From positions 39,542,585 through 39,606,584 of the forward strand of contig NC_068990.1 of assembly GCF_001194135.2 (NCBI RefSeq): a stretch of DNA of 64,000 nt, read 5' to 3'. How positions within the stretch are numbered: the first letter of the stretch is position 1; each line of letters opens with the position of its first letter. The DNA comes from Octopus bimaculoides. Taxonomy: Eukaryota. Shown here piece after piece: positions 23,901-36,850 of the stretch. The translations under genes and the position numbers were made by a program. The notes beneath the pieces were generated by a model. It did no database searches. It was not told the origin of the DNA and was given only the letters and a program-made list of their open reading frames with translations.

Positions 23901-25454
23901 GTACTCAGGTGTTCACAAGAGCTAAGTAATTCAGTTACCCACAGCTCAATTAAGAAATTCATTCAGTTATGTCTTTCACAATCTTTATTCTTTACATTAG
24001 CAACCTACCTTCTATCATCTCTTACAAATTCACTTCCATGCAATTAATACCATTCATCACTCTTTAATTATTTTTCACACGCAGGTCATATTATTCACAA
24101 ACAATTTATACACTTAACACTGTGTTTTACTACAACATACATTATGGATATTTTAGGCATCAACTGAGACATTGCTAGAGCAATCAGCAATAACACCAAT
24201 AACACCAACCCCAGGAGACCATATCATATGTCTGTGGGTTGATCTTTATTGTAGGTGTAGGCTTAATAAAATCGTTTGACATAAGAATCTTAAGATTGAT
24301 TTATATGTTATACTTTTCAATATATATGTATATATATATATGTATGTGTGTGTGTGTGTGTGTGTACGTACAGACATACATATACACACACATATTAGTT
24401 ATTAGTGCCAGAGCCAGTATTAACTCTAAATAGCAATCAATCTGTACATCCTTCTTAATGTAGATATACTGTAAGGATACCATAATACTGTGATTTTTGT
24501 CTTGCAAAAGCATCTTGTATAAATGTATCATGCACAGAAAAATCAGTAGCAGACAATAAATGTCCAACACCAACTCCTAGGTCACATGATTTCTGCACAT
24601 TTACATGGCATCAGCAGCAGATAACCATTATCTCATGCAAGCCAAACTATGCCTGTAATAATATGTAGAAAAACAATGATTAATTAGTCACTAGTGTTGC
24701 AAATAGTTGGTAGACTGGTTTAGAATTAGTTATTAGCAATGGAAGCAGTAATAGTATTGAACTGTAGTCTGTATATGCTACTTAACCTGGATATACTGCC
24801 AGAACGCCTTAATTATGCAATATTTCATGCGTGTGCGTGTGTGTGTGTAAATAAAAGTTGGCCTTACAACTCTCTTATAATGGATTTACATTTATAGGTA
24901 CATAGAAACTCTCCGACTGGCTTGTTATTAATATCTTTGACTGATGTAATCATATAGAATTCTATCTTGGTTAAATAAAACTGTGTAAAACTGATTTCCT
25001 TGAAGCATTTCATCGGTTATAAAACCAAGTCACAAAAGCTTTGCATTTCTGACTTTGTCATTCATCGATCTTTTGAAACTAACCTATTTTCCATTACATT
25101 TCAGACAGATTCAGCACTGAGTTGCTGAAGCAGAAATATCGTTATAGTAAATATTCTGCTCAATACCACAAATTTGCTCGTCAGTCACTTGACTTTAACC
25201 CCTTGAGCATGTCCCTTTGTGGCTGACGATATGTGTGTCCCTGATCATGAGCCGGAGTAGTGAGGGAGCATCATAGCTATGTGTTGAAAGGGATTTTGGG
25301 GGGTTGGAATAAATATAACAAAAGCAAAGTCTGAAGGAAATATTAACCATTTTTAATACTTTGTAGGGGTAAGAAAATAGGAAGTAACAGTTACTACCCA
25401 GGGACAAAAATCATGTCATATCATGTTATCTAATGTGTCCTTACCTTTTATAAG

Positions 25455-25545
25455 ATTTTAAAGTTGTGTTTGAGGGGAATACTGTTGCTATTTCTTGCAG
25501 GTCAAGTGATCAATATGCAGGTAACTCCATTGGCTTGGGTTGGGT
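25455..25545 (+). mobile_element. Dispersed repeat family C (GTGTGATTTGAGGG..GCTGCTATTTCTAGCAGGTC)
   Basis: Similar segments at about 43620-43675, 52845-52890, 57030-57085 and 58430-58500. Class unknown. Confidence 0.5.
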
Positions 25546-25659
25546 GCCTGACAAAAGCATTTATATCTCAAAGGCTAGCTCACATCAAGTAAGAAACAAG
25601 AAACAACCTATGCATAGTGGAATAGTTATGATGATTCATTAAAGCTATTCTGCTCTATT

Positions 25660-26090
25660 GTTGTTTCATTGACTCAAAAGTATTTCATTGACTCAACATT
25701 CTGTTGGATAGTTGATATTTTGCTGACTCGTTAGTGTTTTGCTGTTCCACTGGTGTGTTGATAACTTGTTATTGACTCATTATAGTTTTGTTGAATTAAT
25801 AGAGTTTTGTTGATATATTAGTGATTTATTAACTAATTAATGGATTTTTTTCACTCATTAGTCTGTTATTGGTTTATCAGTATTTCACAGTTTCATAAGT
25901 ATTCTACTGTTGCATTAGTACTTTCTTAACTCATTAGTGTTGTGATAATTCATTCATATTTTATTAACTAGTTAGTATTTTGATAATTCATTAATGTATG
26001 GTAACTCATCAGTATCTTTCAGTTTCATTATTATGTTTTGTTAATGCATTAGTGATTAATTGACTCATTAGCCTTGAGTTCATTTAGAGA
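25660..26090. repeat. Degenerate short-unit tandem repeat (TTGACTCATTAGTGTT-like)
   Basis: ACTCATTA-like core recurs about every 18-20 bp. Confidence 0.55.
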
Positions 26091-26196
26091 TGTATTTTCT
26101 TAACCATTGTAATTTAGTGCAGAAGACATGAACCTTACACATATACATTATGTCTCTTCCATTTAATGTTGCAAGCATGGCTGTTTGATAACAAGT

Positions 26197-26439
26197 TTGA
26201 TCTACACCTACATAATTTCATGTTTGATCCCACTGTAGAACACCTTGTGTATGTATCTTCTGCCATAACCTCAAGTTAACCAAAGGTCTGTGAGTGAAAT
26301 TTAGGAGACAGAAAATTTGATCTGCAGCTACATAATTTAATGTTTGATCCCACTATAGAACGCCTTATGAATGTATCTTCTGCCATAACCTCAAGTTAAC
26401 CAAAGGTCTGTGAGTGAAATTTAGGAGACAGAAAATTTG
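26197..26439 (+). repeat. 120-bp tandem duplication of a decayed SINE-A head/body
   Basis: Text at 26221 and 26341, and at 26281 and 26401, is nearly identical. TTTGATCCCACT..CACCTTG..GTATCTTCTGCCATAACCTC resembles family A. Confidence 0.85.
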
Positions 26440-26723
26440 TGGAAACATCTTTATCAGAGGAATTGTCTACATTTCTGCTCTTGGATGACAAGCTTTATCT
26501 ATTTCTCTTCTCCCCTGACTAATCTTGGACACTCTGAACAACTTTTGGGTGCTGTTCTTCTTTCTTGACTAAAAAGTTATAAAAATGGCCAGGAACCAAG
26601 TATTCAGAACTGCTCATAAGGATCAATAAAATCTGAAAATGGTAAGGGAAGCCCATTATAGAACATTGCTTATATGTGTACATGTGATTTGACAAAAAAA
26701 CAAAAAAAAAAAACAGTAGTGAA

Positions 26724-27043
26724 CTTGGGCAAGTGTCTTCTACTATAGCCTTGGGCCAACCAAAGCCTTGTGAGTGGATTTGGTAGACGGACACTGAAAG
26801 AAGCCTGTCATATATATGTATATATATGTATGTGTGTGTGCGTTTGTCCCCCCAACATCGCTTGACAACCAATGGTGGTGAGTTTACCTCCCCGTAACTT
26901 AGCGGTTCGGCAAAAGAGACTGATAAAATAAGTACTAGGCATCCAGAGAATAAGTCCTGGGGTCGATTTGCTCGACTAAAGGCGGTGCTCCAGCATGGCC
27001 ACAGTCAAATGACTGAAACAAGTAAAAGAGTAAAAGTAAAAAG
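26724..27043 (+). mobile_element. SINE family A, 5'-truncated
   Basis: Starts at CTTGGGCAAGTGTCTTC and has the complete tail. Confidence 0.9.
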
Positions 27044-27051
27044 TGTATTTA

Positions 27052-27188
27052 TTGTTCATGTGGATCTACACGATTTGAAAATGGTAAGGAAGCAAATATT
27101 GGACACTGCTCATGAAGATCTGTATGATTTGGAAATGGTAAGGAACCAAGTATTGAACACTGCTCATGTAGATCTGTATTATTTGATT
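27052..27188. repeat. 54-bp tandem repeat (about 2.5 units; related units at 26582-26650)
   Basis: TTGAAAATGGTAAGGAAGCAAATATTGGACACTGCTCATGAAGATCTGTATGAT is repeated. Confidence 0.8.
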
Positions 27189-27734
27189 AGAAATCTGAGA
27201 CTTTGTGGCTCCCATTGTGAAAGAAAAAATAAAGAAGTATGAATATATAATTGTGTAGTTTAGAAGTAACATGGGAATTCAATTAGACATTTTGTGATTG
27301 TCTCCCTCACACAGGCAATTGCTTCTGTTCTGTAGGGCATAGAGCTGGTGTAGGATAAAAAAGAAAAACAAAAAAAAAACGGATTTCATTGTTTTTAAAA
27401 GTGTAGATTGGACTGTGTTGGATCTAGATGATGAAAAGAGTAACAGCTGATTGATCCCTGACTGATGAACTGGATGACCTGAAGACCTTCATTTAGTGCT
27501 ACTGTTTAATAATGTAAGTATGTACAGTATAATGGCAATGTGTATGTGTCTGTGTGTGAGTATGTGTTTGTGTGTGTTTGAATGTAGAAGTGGATGCAGA
27601 TGCGTGGATAAGTATGTGTAGTGGTATGTATTTCTTGATATATGGAACAGCAGCATCTTCATAATTGGTTTAACATCATTTTAACTCTAAATATACTCAT
27701 GTGTGTGCAGATGTGAGGATCTATATTTGAACAT

Positions 27735-27782
<48 letters not shown>

Positions 27783-28265
27783 CTGTCATGGACCAGTACA
27801 CTTATAACAGCTAAAATAGTATTTTGTATACACACACAAACACACACAAACACACACACACACACATATGCACACATACATATGCATACACATACATAGA
27901 AGCATACATATATACTTGTTTCTGTATACTTACATACATACATACATGCATACATACATACATGCATACATACATACATACATACATGCATACATAGATA
28001 TATACATAGATATAGAAAGATAGATATATGTATATATGTATGTGTGTAGAGATGTGTTTGTGTATAAGTGTATATATATGTATGTATTCATTACTCAAAT
28101 GTTTGTACCTCTTGTATTCAAATAGATGGCATTGAGACATTACTCAATTGAATGTATTTGATGTGAACCACCATTTAGAAATTGGAGGGAATAACCAGAA
28201 CTGACCCTTAATACACAAAAACTCAACTTTACATCTTATATGGAACACCCATTCCTTCATTTAAA

Positions 28266-28482
28266 AGCAGGAGCTGAAAAGGTCCTGGTTTTGGGGAAAA
28301 GAAAATATAGTAAGATCAGTTAACTATGATTTTGTTCAACATATTTCCCTTTCAGATTCTCACGCATATTGCAGTGGTCCTTCAGGTTTTCTAAGGTTTA
28401 TAAAAGAACTCAGAATGTTAGGCCTCCAACCAGGCCTTTCCCAATACTCTTCAAGCCAGGAACTTTTCGGCACCCCCACATA
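28266..28482. mobile_element. Mariner-type MITE, about 215 bp
   Basis: GAGCTGAAAAGGTCCTGGTT ... AAGCCAGGAACTTTTCGGCACCCCCACA|TA inverted termini. Confidence 0.7.
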
Positions 28483-29024
28483 TAAACAAAAGCTTACAAA
28501 CACACACACACACACACGTACATACACATGCACACATACATAAACTGAACATACACACCCACATGCACTCACTTCACACAGGGAGGACATGTAAGTACAA
28601 CTATAAGTTGTGGTACCAAACTCATATGAATGTCATCTCAATTATTTAATGCCTCTTCTTGTGATTCTTTCATATATTTCTCTCCAGAGACAAGTATGTC
28701 TTTCAGCAAATTTTAACCAACACATGACCTTAAAAAGTACCAATTTTTCACCCAACAACCCATCATATGTAAAATATTTATTTTCTTATCTTTTATTTAT
28801 GAATTTATCTTACTAAAAACTGTTCAGAAGGCAGGGGGCAATTATTATTTTTTTTTTTAATGAATATACTCTTCTTGAATATTAGAGTTTGTCATATTCC
28901 TGTGTGTCTACATTGTGTATGCATGCATGTGAGTTTACAGATGAATTCATGTACATATGTAGGTGGAGTATGTTTCTATGACATACAGCAAAACATATAC
29001 TTGTGTATGTGCATGCATGAATAA

Positions 29025-29057
<33 letters not shown>

Positions 29058-29205
29058 NNNNNNNNNNNNNNNNNNNNNNNNNNNNNNNNNNNNNNNNNNN
29101 NNNNNNNNNNNNNNNNNNNNNNNNNNNNNNNNNNNNNNNNNNNNNNNNNNNNNNNNNNNNNNNNNNNNNNNNNNNNNNNNNNNNNNNNNNNNNNNNNNNN
29201 NNNNN
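29058..29205. other. Assembly gap
   Basis: N run flanked by (TA)n. Confidence 1.
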
Positions 29206-30011
29206 ATATATATATATATATAAATCCTCTATGTTTTATGTATATGTATGCACATATATATGTATGTGTGCAGATAAATACACAGATATATACATATATA
29301 TGCACACACATTTATGGATGTAATATAAATGTATGGGTACTTAATTTTTTATTTTATTTATTTTATTTATTAGCAAACTTCATTAAACATTTAAAACTAT
29401 AAATATCTCAGTGACAAAGAATGTACGAAATATATGTTTAAAAATACAACAATAAATAAATCTTTGAAAAATAAGGGGACAGAAAAAATGGTGAAAGAAA
29501 TAAAGGCAATAAGTGGGACCCATGTCCCCACTCCCCTACTATCTCTACACTTTGAAAAAAACAAAAGACATATTGGAAGAGGGATGTAGATAAAAAAGAA
29601 AAGATCAACAAAATGTAAATGAAATTAAGGATTCTCAGCTGACTTATTAGTTTAAAGCAATAAATAAATAAATAAATAAATAAATAAAACTGAGAAGCAA
29701 GGAAATAAAATAAAAACAAAACAAGAATAAACACCACTGTACTTATTGACCTCATTTTGGTGGTGGTGGTGGTTCAGTATTTTTATGCTGACACCATTGC
29801 TACAGTAGTGGTGTTGGTGTTGTTGTTGTTGTTGGTAGTGGTGATGAGGGTGGTAGTGTGGCACCTTGATGCCTCCAGCACTACCGTCGCCGCCGCCGCC
29901 ACCACTATTATCACTGTCAGTATACAATGGTTTTAAATTTTGTTCTGGAGTTTGCATGTGCTTTGTTATATACGCTTTTTCACAATTGATATCCTTCTTA
30001 TCCTTTCACAC

Positions 30012-30061
<50 letters not shown>

Positions 30062-30509
30062 ACATGCGCACACACATATATATACACATATAAACAGATA
30101 GCTAAATAAATAGATACACATACATATAACATATATTTATGTATGTATACATGCATGCATTTATCACTCTCTTTACATATATATGTATATGTGTGTATGT
30201 GTGTGTGTATGTGTGCATATGTATGTTAGTATGTGTAAGTAAAACGCACATATTCTTTTGTCATCATTTATTATTTTCTTTATTTTGTTTCTCTGCTTCT
30301 GTTTTATTACTTTCTTTTGATGTAGAAACTTCGCATCTCTATCCCTCTCACTCCCCAGAATTTCCCAGAAGCTCCAGATACTCACCCCTACCTAATTCCC
30401 TTCGCCATCTGATCACACACACAGCTTCATTTCTGTTTCAAGCTTCCAGCCAAAATGACTTCACTTCAACTTCAGACATATTTCAACCTTCCTCTCACTA
30501 AGGCCAGCT

Positions 30510-30543
30510 GATCTCTCTCTCTCTCTATCTCTCATTATATCTA

Positions 30544-30595
<52 letters not shown>

Positions 30596-30648
30596 AATCT
30601 ATCTATATATCTATCTATCTATCTATCTATACACACACATACACATAC
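30510..30648. repeat. (CT)n/(CTAT)n/(CA)n compound microsatellite
   Basis: Visible runs. Confidence 0.95.
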
Positions 30649-33114
30649 ATGGTTATGGATCTATCTATTTGTTTCTTAATCATGACACCAATGACTTGCA
30701 TATTCATTCTGAAAACGTTCTCTCAGATTCGAACTTGAATATACTAATCACTGAAATATTTCACCATTGGAGAAGATCTTCTACCTTCAGATGAGTGCAT
30801 GTTCATAACACACTCCATTCATTATCATGAGGGTACTTTTGGACACCAATGTTCTGACATCATTATTTCTCCTCTCATGGTTATAACTTCAGCAGACAGA
30901 TTATTTGCTGTTGCATGCTGATATCTGTCAACCAATAATAAATCATTATGTGCATGGAGAATATCTAGAATCAAAATAATGACTTACATATTATTGCTAA
31001 TACATTTCAACAGATTTAAACGTGAATAAGCTAATTGCTGTTGTATTTCAGCATTGGAGAATCTCATTTCTTTCATAACACACTTGATTCATGAGTGTAA
31101 GGGGATATTGGGGCAATGGGGATTTCAGGAGTAATTTTGTTTAACCTTCAAGTCAGTACTGATTCTCTATTCTTTTGGAAGAAGACATTCCAGTCATGAT
31201 TATCTCATATTTTTGTCAGTCATAGCCTATCTAGGAGTATTTTAACAAATGCATCCTTTTTTATTTTCTGTTTGTTTTTCATGATAGTAAAGTGTGATTT
31301 TTTTCAGATTTAGTTGCTACTTCTAATATATCCAGTGGCTATGTAAAAGATCTCTCACAGACTTTTATTTTTACAAAGTTTTTTGTTTGACCATTGAAAC
31401 CATTTTTCTTGTAAATGTTTTTGTCACATCTAATGCAAAATAAATGGCTAAATAAATAAATAAATAAATAAATAATGAAATTCTGTTCTGTCTTTTTTTA
31501 TTTTATTTTCTTTTCTTCTACATCACTTAACTACTTTGAAACAAAGTCCTGGAAATTAATTATCTGAGATTATTGTCAAAAATCCAAAGATGAAATCTTC
31601 AGCAACATACTAAATCTAATCATGTCTTTCTCTTTTCTTTTTCTTTCTTTTGTTATTCTTCCTTTATTTCTGTATATTTGTTCATTTCTCTTTTCGCAGT
31701 CATTTATCATTTCATTTTATATTTTAACATTTTTTCTACGTTTATTTACCATACAAAAAAATGTTTTCCTCAATTTTTTGTCTTTCATTTTTTGTTTTTA
31801 TTTTCATCTGTTGATTCTTCCTATCCTTGTTTCATTCATTTAGTTCACTACCTTCTCTTTCACAACAAGTTTCATTGTATATAATATTCTTATATCTTTA
31901 ATTGTTTTCATTGTTATTCATTCTTTCTTTCCATATCCAAAATATTCAAACATTTTTCCTTACATATTCTTTGTTTCATTAAGCATTTCTTTGTATTTTT
32001 CTTTCTAGTTTGCTTTTTCTTCTTAATTCTATGTTATTTTATCTTTCATTTATTTTTTATATCTATCTCAGTTTCATTCCCCTTTTCCTTTCCTTTATTT
32101 TCTTCTTGTGCTCTTTCATTTTTCATCTTTAATTCTCTTTTATAGTCACTTTTAAAATTATTTCAATATTTTAGTTTTATTCTTCACATTTATTATTTCA
32201 TTATCTTTTATTTTCCCATTCTTCTGTTCCATCATTTTTTTGTTCTGTGAATCACTTATTCTTTCTGCTTTTCTTTCTTTGACTTTATTCCTCCATTTTC
32301 TTTATTCATTCTATATTTACATAATTTCTTTAGACTTCTACCTTTCAGATATTTTTTTTATTCTATATCCTTTCCTTCTTTTCTACTTTTTCTGTTATTT
32401 TTTTTATTCCTTAGTTTCCATTTTTTCCCCTCATTTTCTTACTTCACCATTGTGTAATCTTGAAATATAAAGGTCTTTGAGAAAAATATTTACTTTATTA
32501 AAAATCAGAGCCATTCTTAAGAAACAATACGAAATGTCATTGGCAATATCAGGAATATCCTAGTATTGTAGGATTCATGACCATTCTCCAGATATGTAGC
32601 CACATGCAACAGGGTTTGATGACATGTTATGCCAACTTGGGCAAGGGTCTTCTATATAATCTTAGACTGACCAACAACTTGTTTCTAGAATGTTGTAGAT
32701 GGAAACCATCTGGAAGTTAGCTGTGTATACATAAGGGAAGAACACACTGGTGAGAAAAATGAAAATGTCCTTTGTAATGCATGCTCTGCAGCTAGTTACA
32801 GACACTCTGTTGTGATTCATGCCATCAGAAATACAGTGAACAAGTAGTTGGCCTATTGGAAACATGCAAGTAACAGTGTTATGATTTCATACATTCTGAT
32901 ATAAAAATGCAAGACTAAACAAATCAGTCTATCTTTCAACTTGCTCTTCACATTTCTCAACCTCATCATCAAGATTATGTTACTTTATATGTCAACTACC
33001 ATATATCTATTCAGCCTTTAAGTAAAGTGTTATGGTAACAAGAATTTATATATTAAAACAGAAGTGAACTGCAGCTGCTGCTGCTGGCATGCAGTGAGCT
33101 GATACACTCATCAA

Positions 33115-33430
33115 TCCCACAGAACAATAACATATTCTATCATCCCACAATACACCAACATATACCTTTGTTTTTCAGCATATCAACAGAATTAGTTTTG
33201 TTCTGTTGTCATGCTGTGGGATTACATACCCCGTCAACCCACACTGCACTAATATACTTTATTATCTCTCAAGACACCAACAAATTCCATTTCTATTTAT
33301 TAGCATGTTCTGGCATTACATACCCCATCAACACACAGTGCACTGATATACTTTGACACCCCACAGCACACCCAACAAAATTCATTTCTCTTTATTAGCA
33401 TGCTGTGGGATTACATACCGCATCATCTCA
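33115..33430. repeat. Tandem repeat of about 95 bp, about 3 units
   Basis: CATGCTGTGGGATTACATACC at 33210, 33304 (diverged) and 33399. Confidence 0.75.
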
Positions 33431-34150
33431 CAACAGATAATCATCTTATTTTCAGTTTTTATTTACTGTATATGCCCACACCAGATTCTTATTAGCCCTC
33501 TTGCATTCATTGCCTGGCATTTTTAAGACTTGAATCATTTCCCAGTTCATTTCATACAACCTGTTCTTCATGTGCCATTGAGTAAATCTCAATATCCATG
33601 GCTCAAAATGCTAGCAACAGCGTATAGTTCTCCTTAAAATCATACTCTATTGGTCTACTTTTATAAACAAGAGAAAGTCTATTGAAAAATTCGGTCTATC
33701 CTAGATATTCTATACTGTGTGTGAACTACTAGCAACACACCATAATACCACCATTTAGCTTGGAGCAAAATGTAAATCTCATAACTTTTGAAGCCTATTA
33801 TGTCACCTGATGAAGCTTCTTTGCACTGTGAGATGCATCTGATGTCCTTACATCATTCTCCACCCACGAAGAAGCAGTGCAGAAGGCAGCTGAAATGATT
33901 GTTGTGCTTAATAAAGCTTCTTGTTACACTCCATCTTCTGAATCAATCATTTAGTATATACGCAACGTGCACCGAGGAATTCCTTACATAGATCCAACGA
34001 TGACAGAGCAGTATTATGGATGATGTGCCTGCTAGCCATAAGTGGTGAAGTGCTCTGCAGGTACACTACCTGGGACTTACCCAAAACAAGGCTTAGATAC
34101 TGCTTTTTAATGTCTCCTATCTAAACCTTCATTTTAATTTTAAATTTAAC

Positions 34151-34227
<77 letters not shown>

Positions 34228-34230
<3 letters not shown>

Positions 34231-34341
34231 TCTTTACTCTTTTACTTGTTTCAGTCATTTGACTGTGGCCATGCTGGAGCACTGCCTTTAGTCAAGCAAA
34301 TCGACCCCAGGACTTATTCTTTGTAAACCTAGTACTTATTC
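34228..34341 (-). mobile_element. SINE family A 3' fragment
   Basis: Inverse tail TACTCTTTACTCTTTTACTTGTTTCAGTCATTTGACTGTGGCCATGCTGG. Confidence 0.9.
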
Positions 34342-34787
34342 TTTATCTCGAGCGTTTGTCTCCTTTTTATATTAAATATATATAAACATATATATGCATA
34401 GATATACACATATACATACATATATTAACACATATATATATATATATCCTGTAAATAATAATAATGATATTTTTAATAAGCTTAAAGCTTATGGTGATCA
34501 CTGTGTAATGAGTAAGGAAAATAGTCTAATAAAGGGGCATATAAGCCCTCGACAGAAAAAAGAAGGCTCACCGAAAGCATATACATAAATGTATATATGT
34601 ATATATTTATATGTATATAATGTACCTATATTATGCATATAATTATGCATATATGTGTGTGAGTGGAGAGAGGGAGATAAATATTATTATAGATTATATC
34701 TCCTTAGTAATGTTCCTAAAATAACTTATATATCTATGGATATATATTCATGTATGTATGCATGTGTGTTAGTATATCTGTATGTAT

Positions 34788-34950
34788 GGCTAGATGGATG
34801 GATGGATCGATCAATCGACGGATGGATAGATTGATGGATGGATGGATGGATGGATGAGTGGGTGAGTGGGTGGATGGATGGATGGATATATGTATGGATG
34901 TTTGCATGGATGGATAGATGAATAGATTTATGTATGTATGGATGGATGGA
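34788..34950. repeat. (GGAT)n tetranucleotide tract
   Basis: Visible. Confidence 0.9.
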
Positions 34951-35295
34951 CAGCTTTCCAATAAGCAGATTTTAGTGATGGGTCTTGCAATACAAGGTGA
35001 CTTAGTGCATTAATTACTGAGAGTGTATTGCTCGGAGTCAAGGGAGCATTGGAGCTTTAGAATCAACTCTATTCAATGCATGGTCGCTTACTTAGCATTT
35101 AACAAATTCGTTTTTCTTCCTTTTAAATAGGGCTGGAATATAGCAGCAGATAATACAACTGCAGCAGCAGCAGCAGATGTTGCTCAAAATTGGCAATATC
35201 AGTAGAAAAAGACAAAATATTACAATGACGGAAATAACAGCAATGACATAAAAATCAAAAAGAATGAAGACAACACTAACAGTAGCAATATGTTA

Positions 35296-35300
35296 TAATG

Positions 35301-35359
<59 letters not shown>

Positions 35360-35366
35360 GATGATG

Positions 35367-35405
<39 letters not shown>

Positions 35406-35430
35406 GTAATAATAATAATAATAATAATAA
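35296..35430. repeat. (AAT)n tract
   Basis: Visible. Confidence 0.97.
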
Positions 35431-35645
35431 AAAAATATTCAGACAAATACATAACAAAAACACCAGGACTTACAAATATATATAACACAGAAAATTGCAC
35501 TACTGGGCACTGCACACATTCTACGCAAAACACTTTCAATACAGTAAACATAAGAGCACCACAGCAAACCACAGCACATACCCAAAGCGCACAGAGCTGC
35601 GCTCGGTAGTGAAGTGAAAGCACGTTATAAAAATAAAAATAAAAA
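35431..35645 (+). mobile_element. 5'-truncated 3' end of R4/Dong-type LINE (same subfamily as 19978-20148)
   Basis: GCACTACTGGGCACTGCACACATTCTACGCAAAACACTTTCAATACAGT..AAGAGCACCAC..GTGAAAGCAC matches 20000-20130. (AAT)n lies on both sides. Confidence 0.88.
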
Positions 35646-35662
35646 TAATAATAATAATAATA

Positions 35663-36120
35663 TAGCAAACCCCAGAAGGAGTCACTGAAAATGAGAATTG
35701 CAAAATCCTGTGGGATGCAATGATCCAGCGCAATCACCTGACCAGACATCGGAAACTGGACATTGTTGTGGTGAATAAAAATTGGCTTGGCATGCCCCAG
35801 TGACAACAGGATCAATATTAAAAGAAGAAGAAAAAATAAACAACTATGACGATTTAAAGTCGAAAATATGAAGGTTGTAGTAAATGAAGAGAGTAGATGT
35901 GATGCCAATAGTAATTGGTGCACTCATCTACCAACATTGCAGAAAAGACATCGGTGCAAGTGTGAAGGTAGAACACCTACAAAAATCGGCATTGCTTGGA
36001 ACTGCAAGAATTCTTTGCAGGGTTCTCGAAGCATGATCAGTAAAACTAGGGTCACCTTAGACTGCTGCTGTGGACAGCTGACACTTTCCATCATACCCAG
36101 CGATATAAACTGTGGGTTTT
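35663..36120 (+). mobile_element. R4/Dong-type LINE 3' fragment (REL domain), different subfamily
   Basis: PEGVTENENCKILWDAMIQRNHLTRHRKLDIVVVNK..ACPSDNRINIK..VDVMPIVIGAL. Confidence 0.82.
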
Positions 36121-36169
36121 AATACAATAATGATAATCATAACAACAACAACAACAATAATAATAATAA

Positions 36170-36335
36170 CGGTATTCCAGTTAAGCATATTGAAGTTATA
36201 AAGAACAACTGGGACTGCTAAGGAATCTATGGCTAACACCTTATTATATGCATGATTTTTAAAATGCGAATATCTGAAATAAACTCGACTGCCCTCACAA
36301 ACAAGAATGCTAAAAATGAACTCGACTACTCTCAA
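36170..36335 (-). mobile_element. R4/Dong-type LINE fragment (post-RT region)
   Basis: NKVLAIDSLAVPVVLYNFNMLNW resembles the NK..AIN..AVPV..YSF...W motif that follows the RT in this group. Confidence 0.65.
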
Positions 36336-36547
36336 AAATTAAGTAAAAAAACAGGAAAAATAATCCAGAATGCTTTTTCGGTCCCAGATCAATCCCAAAA
36401 TCTAATCAGTTTGTGCCAGTCACAAGGCCAAACATTTCTGAAAATTTCATCCAAATCCATTCAGCGGTTCTTGAGATATCTTGTACAGGGACAAACAAAC
36501 ACAACTGCAAACAATAACTCTGCCTTGTTTCAAATTTTGGCATGACT

Positions 36548-36850
36548 GACACTTATTTAATCGACTCCAAAAGAATGAAAGAAAAAGTTGACCTTGGTGA
36601 AATTTGAACTTGGAACATAAAATCAGACAAAATGCTGTTAGGTATTCTGTCCAGTGTGCTAATGGTCTTGCTAGCTCACCACCTTTGAAATAATAACAGT
36701 TCTTTCTAATTAAAACAAATGCCTGAAATTTAAGGGAATGCGGTAGTCAATTAAATCAGCTCAAGAAACTGACTGGTACACTAATTTACTGACCTTGTGA
36801 AAATGAAAAGCAAAGTTGACCTTGGTGAGATATGAATTCAGAGTCCAGAG
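36548..36850 (-). mobile_element. Two adjacent diverged SINE family B copies (36548-36683 and 36699-36850)
   Basis: The inverse core GAATGAAAG..AAAGTTGACCTTGGTG occurs twice. Confidence 0.72.

Noticed and set aside
24120-24240. Hydrophobic stretch YGLLGLVLLVLLLIALAM on the minus strand
   Set aside because: A stop codon lies immediately upstream, no usable acceptor is in frame, and it derives from an ACCAATAAC repeat.
26582-27188. Regularly spaced repeats as a CRISPR-like array (also 21980-23900 and 33115-33430)
   Set aside because: Whole units repeat with no unique spacers, there are no cas genes, and the context is eukaryotic.
32715-32850. HTGEK followed by CxxC..H resembling a C2H2 zinc finger
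   Set aside because: Spacing is wrong (11 residues, no second His pattern), no preceding finger, and it is bounded by stops.
33600-34070. Faint CR1/Jockey-like traces (KIRSIL..YC, QYYG*C)
   Set aside because: Too degraded to support by eye; needs a profile search.
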